Positions 58,442 through 64,000 of a stretch of 64,000 bases of DNA are shown here, one piece after another; position 1 is the stretch's first letter, and every line of letters starts with the position of its first letter. The notes under the pieces are model-generated. The model was not told the origin of the DNA. It ran no database searches and was given only the letters and a program-made list of their open reading frames with translations. Source of the DNA: the human T2T-CHM13v2.0 reference genome, Homo sapiens. The position numbers and the translations under genes are program-made. Where the stretch lies: the NCBI RefSeq assembly GCF_009914755.1, contig NC_060942.1; one strand, 5' to 3'.

Positions 58442-60122
58442 TAAGCCATGGAAAAATATTGGCCATCCAGGAAAGAATGTTTCTGACCACTCAGTTACTA
58501 ACAATCCAAGAGCTGCAAGAACACCACAGGAGCACATCGACACACTGCTGGTTTCCAAACCTATTCAAGAGGTGGAAGGCATTTTCTCACTGCAGAAAGC
58601 ACCACACTGAATTGAAAACGACCTGTCCTAAAGCCACGCTCCAATGTGAATTGCTGGAAGAATGAGAAGTGTCAAGGTTTTAGTGCAGCAGTGAGATCCA
58701 TCCAAGTTTTGTTGGCTGTGATGGCAGATTTGGCATTTTGAAGAAGCATTCAGGTGAACCCCAAGCACAGAGAAGAACTGCCATGCTCTGAGCAAAAATC
58801 ATTTTTTCTGACTTAGAGTCTTCGTAGGGGGGAAAATAAATGTGATAAGCAGAATCTCCTTGAAGAGGTCTCCCAGCCCTCCTCGCTCTAGGAAGAACTC
58901 AGAAGGAGTCTTTAGGCCAATCGCTACAATTTTCTGATCTGTCTGTAGCTGATTGCCCTGGTAGTTTGAATTTGCATCATTAATGTTCCCCAAGATACAT
59001 TGTCATCTTAGAATGCAGAGAGAAGAAATCATACATGGGCATTCTAACAATACAATCATGGAAGCAATTTATTTTGAACGTTACTTTGGAGTGAGGCCTT
59101 TATGCAACCAGAGATTTAATAAATACATGGATATGAGACTGCATTTTTCACTTAGGTTCATCAAACACAGAGATATTTCCCATTATAGAGCAAGAGAGTT
59201 TGGAATCAGGCTGGGGTATCCCTTACAGATATTAAAAAGACAGATGGCAAGGTGCTGTGCTCAGGGAAAAGGCCTTTATATTCAAGGAATTAGAATTTAC
59301 TCCTCAATCTGCCATTTATGTTCCGCCTCTATACCCAGGGTCAACTCATATGCTACCAAAAGTTTCTATTATTTCAATTTCCTGTGGACCATCAAGCCAA
59401 CATTACCAATTCTGTGAGTCTCAGGAAAGACACACTTCAGGAAATTAAAATATCTAATTCAATGGTGTCTGATTCCATTGCAAAGATGTGGATATATACA
59501 CAATCAATAAATGGCACTTCCATCAAAGTGATGTTTACTCCTGTTGATTTTAGCCCTTGAGCTTTATGTACATTACTTCATTTAACCATCTTGACAGCCC
59601 CGTGGGATGCATCATCCAGATGTTGGCTGTCACTTGTCCACTTCTGCTGCTCTGTTTTATCCCTATGGCAATCTGGACGCAAAACCAGATCTTTCACTAG
59701 CTTCCACAAATTGAATCACATCTAATATTCTATAAGTCTATTTTTGTACCTATTTGAAAAACACAGGATCTTGGCAAAGAATCACAACCCACGATATTAT
59801 CATTTATAACATCAGGAAGGTTTACATGCCCCCTTCCTGAGTTGCCAGAATATTCTAATGATACATTTGGTAGGATTAGCAGAAGTAACATAAGATTCTC
59901 TGAAAATGTGGCTTATCATTGGGAAACTATCATTTTCATTTACAAAAACCACATACACACGCACTCTTGGAGCAAAACCACAAGGAGATGCCCCACTGGA
60001 AGTGAGTAGCGTTTTACAGTTTCAATTATCAGTTCACTGAGTATTCACTATGTACCATGCTCTGTGGGACTAGAGAAATAAACATATTCTGCCCATAAGA
60101 CGTTCAAAGTCAGGTTGGGGAG

Positions 60123-60467
60123 ATGTGCACCATACATATGTGTAGCATATCTATGTGAACCATACATGTGTGTAGCATATCTACGTGAACAATACATATG
60201 TATAGCATACACCATACATATGTGTAGCATGCGCTATACGTATGTGTAGCATATCTATGTGTGCCATATGTGTAGCATGCACCATACATATATGTAGCAT
60301 GCACTATACATATGTGTAGCATATCTATGTGTACCATGCATATGTGTAGCATATCTCTGTGCATCAAACATATGTGTAGCATATATGTGTGCACCATATA
60401 TATGTGTAGCATATCTGTGTGCACTATATATATCTGTAGCATATATATGTACACACATACACACACA
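60123..60467. repeat. Minisatellite, 12 units of 22/26/30 bp
   Basis: Consensus atgtgcaccatacatatgtgtagcatatct; tagcat recurs at 60143, 60173, 60203, 60225, 60247, 60273, 60295, 60317, 60347, 60377, 60407, 60437. Confidence 0.95.
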
Positions 60468-61262
60468 ATGTTTAGGAGTTAAATAAAAATAAAACAAATT
60501 TGTCCCAAAATAGGGCACATGGATATCCTGAAAGGTCGTTTACCAGAGCTGCAAAATCCTAAGCAGAAGAATCCGTACTGCAGAAATAAATAAGTACAGG
60601 CATTGGAGGTGGATGGATTTAGGAGGAGGAAGAGAAGGGAAGGAGGGGAAGTGGGCCCGCCCAGGCAGACAGTGGGTCAGGTAAACATGTTGTTCATTTC
60701 AGAGACCAGAAAAGACTAGCAGAGTGGGAAAACGTGGGAACCCTGGCAGGGCCAAGGAAAAAAAATAAGCCAGTAGATCATCATTAACTCTCCTCTCAGC
60801 TCTTCCAGAGCTCAGTGCCCCGGACCCTGAGTCCTATTTAAATTCACTTACAGGTCCTAGGTATGTTATCAAAGGGTCTCCATATTCTCTTACTCAAAGT
60901 AAGCTCTGCTCAGCTGTGCTCTCTGGTAGATAATTCAGAGGTGACAAGGACACTGGAGGAGGTTTTCTCTGGCTTTAGCTAACAAATCAAGTGTCACACC
61001 TGAATGGTGCCAGAGTGAGTTAAAGATTATACAGAACTTTGAAGAATGACCACATCATGTGATCACACAATCAGCCCATCAAAATATACATTTTGGGCAC
61101 TTGTTTTGTGTCAAACTCCTATAATGACAGTAAATATCATCATAATGTGCTCACATATCTTTCTGATTCTGTAATGAGAAGTAGAATAAATTGTGGCTTC
61201 TCCATTCAAGATTAACTCTTCAGTTGTCTTCTCAAAAAAGGAAAAAATATGTTTGAAGCACT

Positions 61263-61714
61263 TGATACAGGTTGAGTTGTGTCCCTCCAAAACGATATGT
61301 TGAAGTCCCAACCCCAGCACATCAAAATGTAACCTTATTTAGAAATAGGATCTTCTAGAGGTGGTCAAGTTCAGAATGAAGTCACTAGGGTGGGCCCTCA
61401 TCCAATACAATATGATGTCCTTATGAAACGGAGAAGGTTGGCCACAGAAACGGACAGGCAGAGAGAAAATGATGGGAAGACACACAAGAAGTAGATGACC
61501 ACGTGATGGAGGGATGTATCTACAAGCCCAGAAAGGCCTGAGACCACCAGAAGCCAGGAGAAAGGCCTGGAACAGATCCTTCCCCAGAGCCTTCAGAGGG
61601 AACATGGCCCTGCCAACACCTTAATTTTGAACTTCTGGCAATTCCAGAACCATGAGGCAACAAATTTTGGTTGTTCTAAGCCACCCAGTGTGCCAGCCCC
61701 AGGAAACTGACACA
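61263..61714 (+). mobile_element. MLT1 (MLT1B/C-like) MaLR solo LTR
   Basis: tgatacaggttgagttgtgtccctccaaaa..ccttatttagaaatagg..aggaaactgacaca; perfect 5-bp TSD gcact. Confidence 0.93.
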
Positions 61715-63269
61715 GCACTTTATTAAAATCCCTTCTGATGTCATTTAAGAGATGGTGAAAGAGAGTGAGCCAATTATGCATGAGTCAACCTTTAGCCATT
61801 TTAATGCTGTGAGTCCTCCTTTTTTGAAAATATTCCAGTGATCAAAGATGCTGTTTTTTACAACACTGGGTTAAGTTCCACTCTTGTTACAACTACAAGG
61901 AAAGCCTCCTTATTTTTACCTCACATTTCTGTTGGGAGAAAAAAGAAACCCAGAGTTCTTCTGTAAGTCATTATGCTCTGAAGATATTTAGTATCAGGCT
62001 GATTACTGAATCAAAAGATCTGGTTACCATCATGTCTAATCTGCCAGAACTGAATCATATCCACTGCATGGCTTTCTCCTCCGTTTCCTCCAATTTCCCC
62101 CCATTCAACCACCTTTAACTATATTCCAGTTTCTAGCAAATGCTGCTGAAGCTTCAGCTATTTTCTTTAGATTATATAATTTTCCAGAAAACTCAGAAGT
62201 TGATCTGCTTAACAAAGTATTCATTTTTCCTCTAAAGCATGGTATTATTTTCCATCTCTAAGAAACGGAGCTTTGTAATATTTGCTCTCCAATTTAGAAA
62301 GAAGCATTAGTCAGCTTGCATTGAATGTTAAAAAAAAAAAACAAAAACCTGAATGCTACTCTGGTTCTCATTGGAGTGAAATATTTTCTCCATGTAACCA
62401 GAAATAGTAATGGAAAATATTTTTCTTTCACACAATATTTGAGCATAATTGGTAAAAGCCTTCAATTATGGAGAAAGTCTTATGAGAGCTAGTCTTTCTT
62501 GCAACAAAAACTAATCCATTTGGATTTATGTGACTCTATTAGCTGAAGCTTCTCTGTTTCGATAATAATATGAAATGCTTTTTTAAAGTTTGCATATAGT
62601 GTCACCCACGAATGTCTCCAGCCATTTCCCCTGTTCATCATAAAATTTAGAAGTAATAACACTTTGCACCTTAGTGCTGTTTGACAGAAATACTACAATA
62701 CTAGAAAATTGTAGTAGTACCCTACAAATTGACTCTGATTGCTCATCAACATAGAACTGATTAGTTAAATTAGCTTAAATAATAGAGCATTATAAAAATG
62801 ACTTATTATCTCAAAATCTGCCATATAAATCATCCTTTTCATTATATTTAATAAAGAGAGTGGACTTTGAATTGTGCTTAATGATAGTCTATAAATGCTA
62901 ATGCACTCAGTTTGAAGGAACTGAGGTGGGAATTATTGGGCAAATCATAGGATTGAGTCTTGATCCCTATACTAATTTTCCTATAAATTCATAGCCAAAT
63001 AACTTTACTTCTCTTCACTTTTATTCCCAGTCTATAAAACAAAATAATAATATCTACCCAATAGGATTCTTAAATTGATCCAATAATGTAATGTGTGCAC
63101 AAACATAATACTTTGATTTCTCAGGCTTCACAAGAACGAAAGTGTTTGTACACAGACAAATCAAACTTGTGATGCAAATTATTTACAATTAGAAGTTGTA
63201 TATGCAAATATATAGAACATCCCCATGCATATCAATATATTTGCTATAGAATTTAGCATCTTATTCCAA

Positions 63270-63960
63270 CCTTCCCACTAAGGCAGGAATAGACACTACA
63301 AAACCTTTCACAGGCAGCCACCCTGCCCTGGTGTAAACATCTCTAGTGGGGGAAAGCCCACTCCCTCACAGGAAGGCTTATTCCACGTTAGAACACCTCC
63401 AGCTACAAGAAAGTTGTTTCTACTGTCAACTTTTAATTCCTCATGTTCTAGATCTGTTCTCTGATGCTATATAGAATAGGCCTGATGTCTCTTTCACATA
63501 GTAGCTCTTTAGTTATCTAAAGAGTAATGCCCCAACACACACAGATCCATGAATAAATAGCAGGTATCTTTGAATCCCTGGTGTAGCAACCTGCTGTAGA
63601 AAGTTCATTTATGATTCTCATAGATGAAAAACTACAGCTCAGAAAGGGTAGTAACGTCTCCAAGGTCACACAGCTAATAACACAAAAGCCAAGGTTCAAA
63701 TGCAAGTCTGCCAGACTTCACAACCCATGGTCTTAACCACCACACTTTGCTTCTAAGTATTTTCTTCTTCAAGCCAAACACTCTGTTAGCCCAGTTCCAT
63801 TAGTCGTTCTGCATACGAAACATTTCTTAGACCTTTCTTCAACCCTGCTCCACTTACAGGACTCTCTTTATGCCTCTGTTAAAATGTGCCAGTATCAAAA
63901 TAAACCACATGCAGTAACCAATCCCATAGTCCAACAATTCCAGACACTGTTACTATACCT
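63270..63960. mobile_element. L3/CR1 remnant interrupted by an antisense MIR (~63570-63750)
   Basis: cccactccctcacaggaaggcttattccac..aagaaagttgtttct (CR1-like); catagatgaaaaactacagctcaga..caaggtcacacagcta (MIR); CR1-like sequence resumes at ttcttcaagccaaaca. Confidence 0.55.
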
Positions 63961-64000
63961 CCTTGAGAGATTTGTTCACCCACCCTCCCAAAAGATAATT

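Noticed and set aside
58983-59417. 144-aa ATG-initiated ORF in non-repeat DNA
   Set aside because: No recognisable domain, exon structure or codon bias; length compatible with chance
60123-60467. Repeat-spacer look (CRISPR-like) and repetitive ORFs 60110-60466 and 60255-60518
   Set aside because: Inter-core segments are homologous to each other, there are no unique spacers or cas genes, and the context is eukaryotic; the ORFs are artefacts of the tandem repeat

Overview
Primate (human-like) non-coding genomic DNA, AT-rich and CpG-depleted. I recognise no protein-coding exon: the ORFs in the track are chance ORFs or translations of Alu, L1, LTR or minisatellite sequence. The window is a mosaic of transposable-element fossils: 11 Alus, several L1s (including a ~4.6 kb internally deleted L1PB with its 5' UTR), solo LTRs (THE1 x2, MLT2 x2, MST, MLT1, LTR16), hAT DNA transposons (MER58A, MER33 x2, MER81), and L2/MIR/L3 remnants. 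A relatively repeat-poor block at ~28-39 kb may be regulatory. Most notable observations: (1) a 36-nt 5' half of tRNA-Thr(TGT) ending at the anticodon, with no poly(A), inside a perfect 17-bp target-site duplication (a tailless retroposed tRNA half); (2) two independent fold-back inverted micro-duplications inside L1 fossils; (3) an inverted pair of perfect ARE/MARE motifs; (4) an ancient L1 fragment unusually rich in CpG; (5) a purine-pyrimidine-alternating minisatellite with a modular period pattern. Subfamily names come from remembered consensus sequences, not a database search; boundaries of old elements are approximate.
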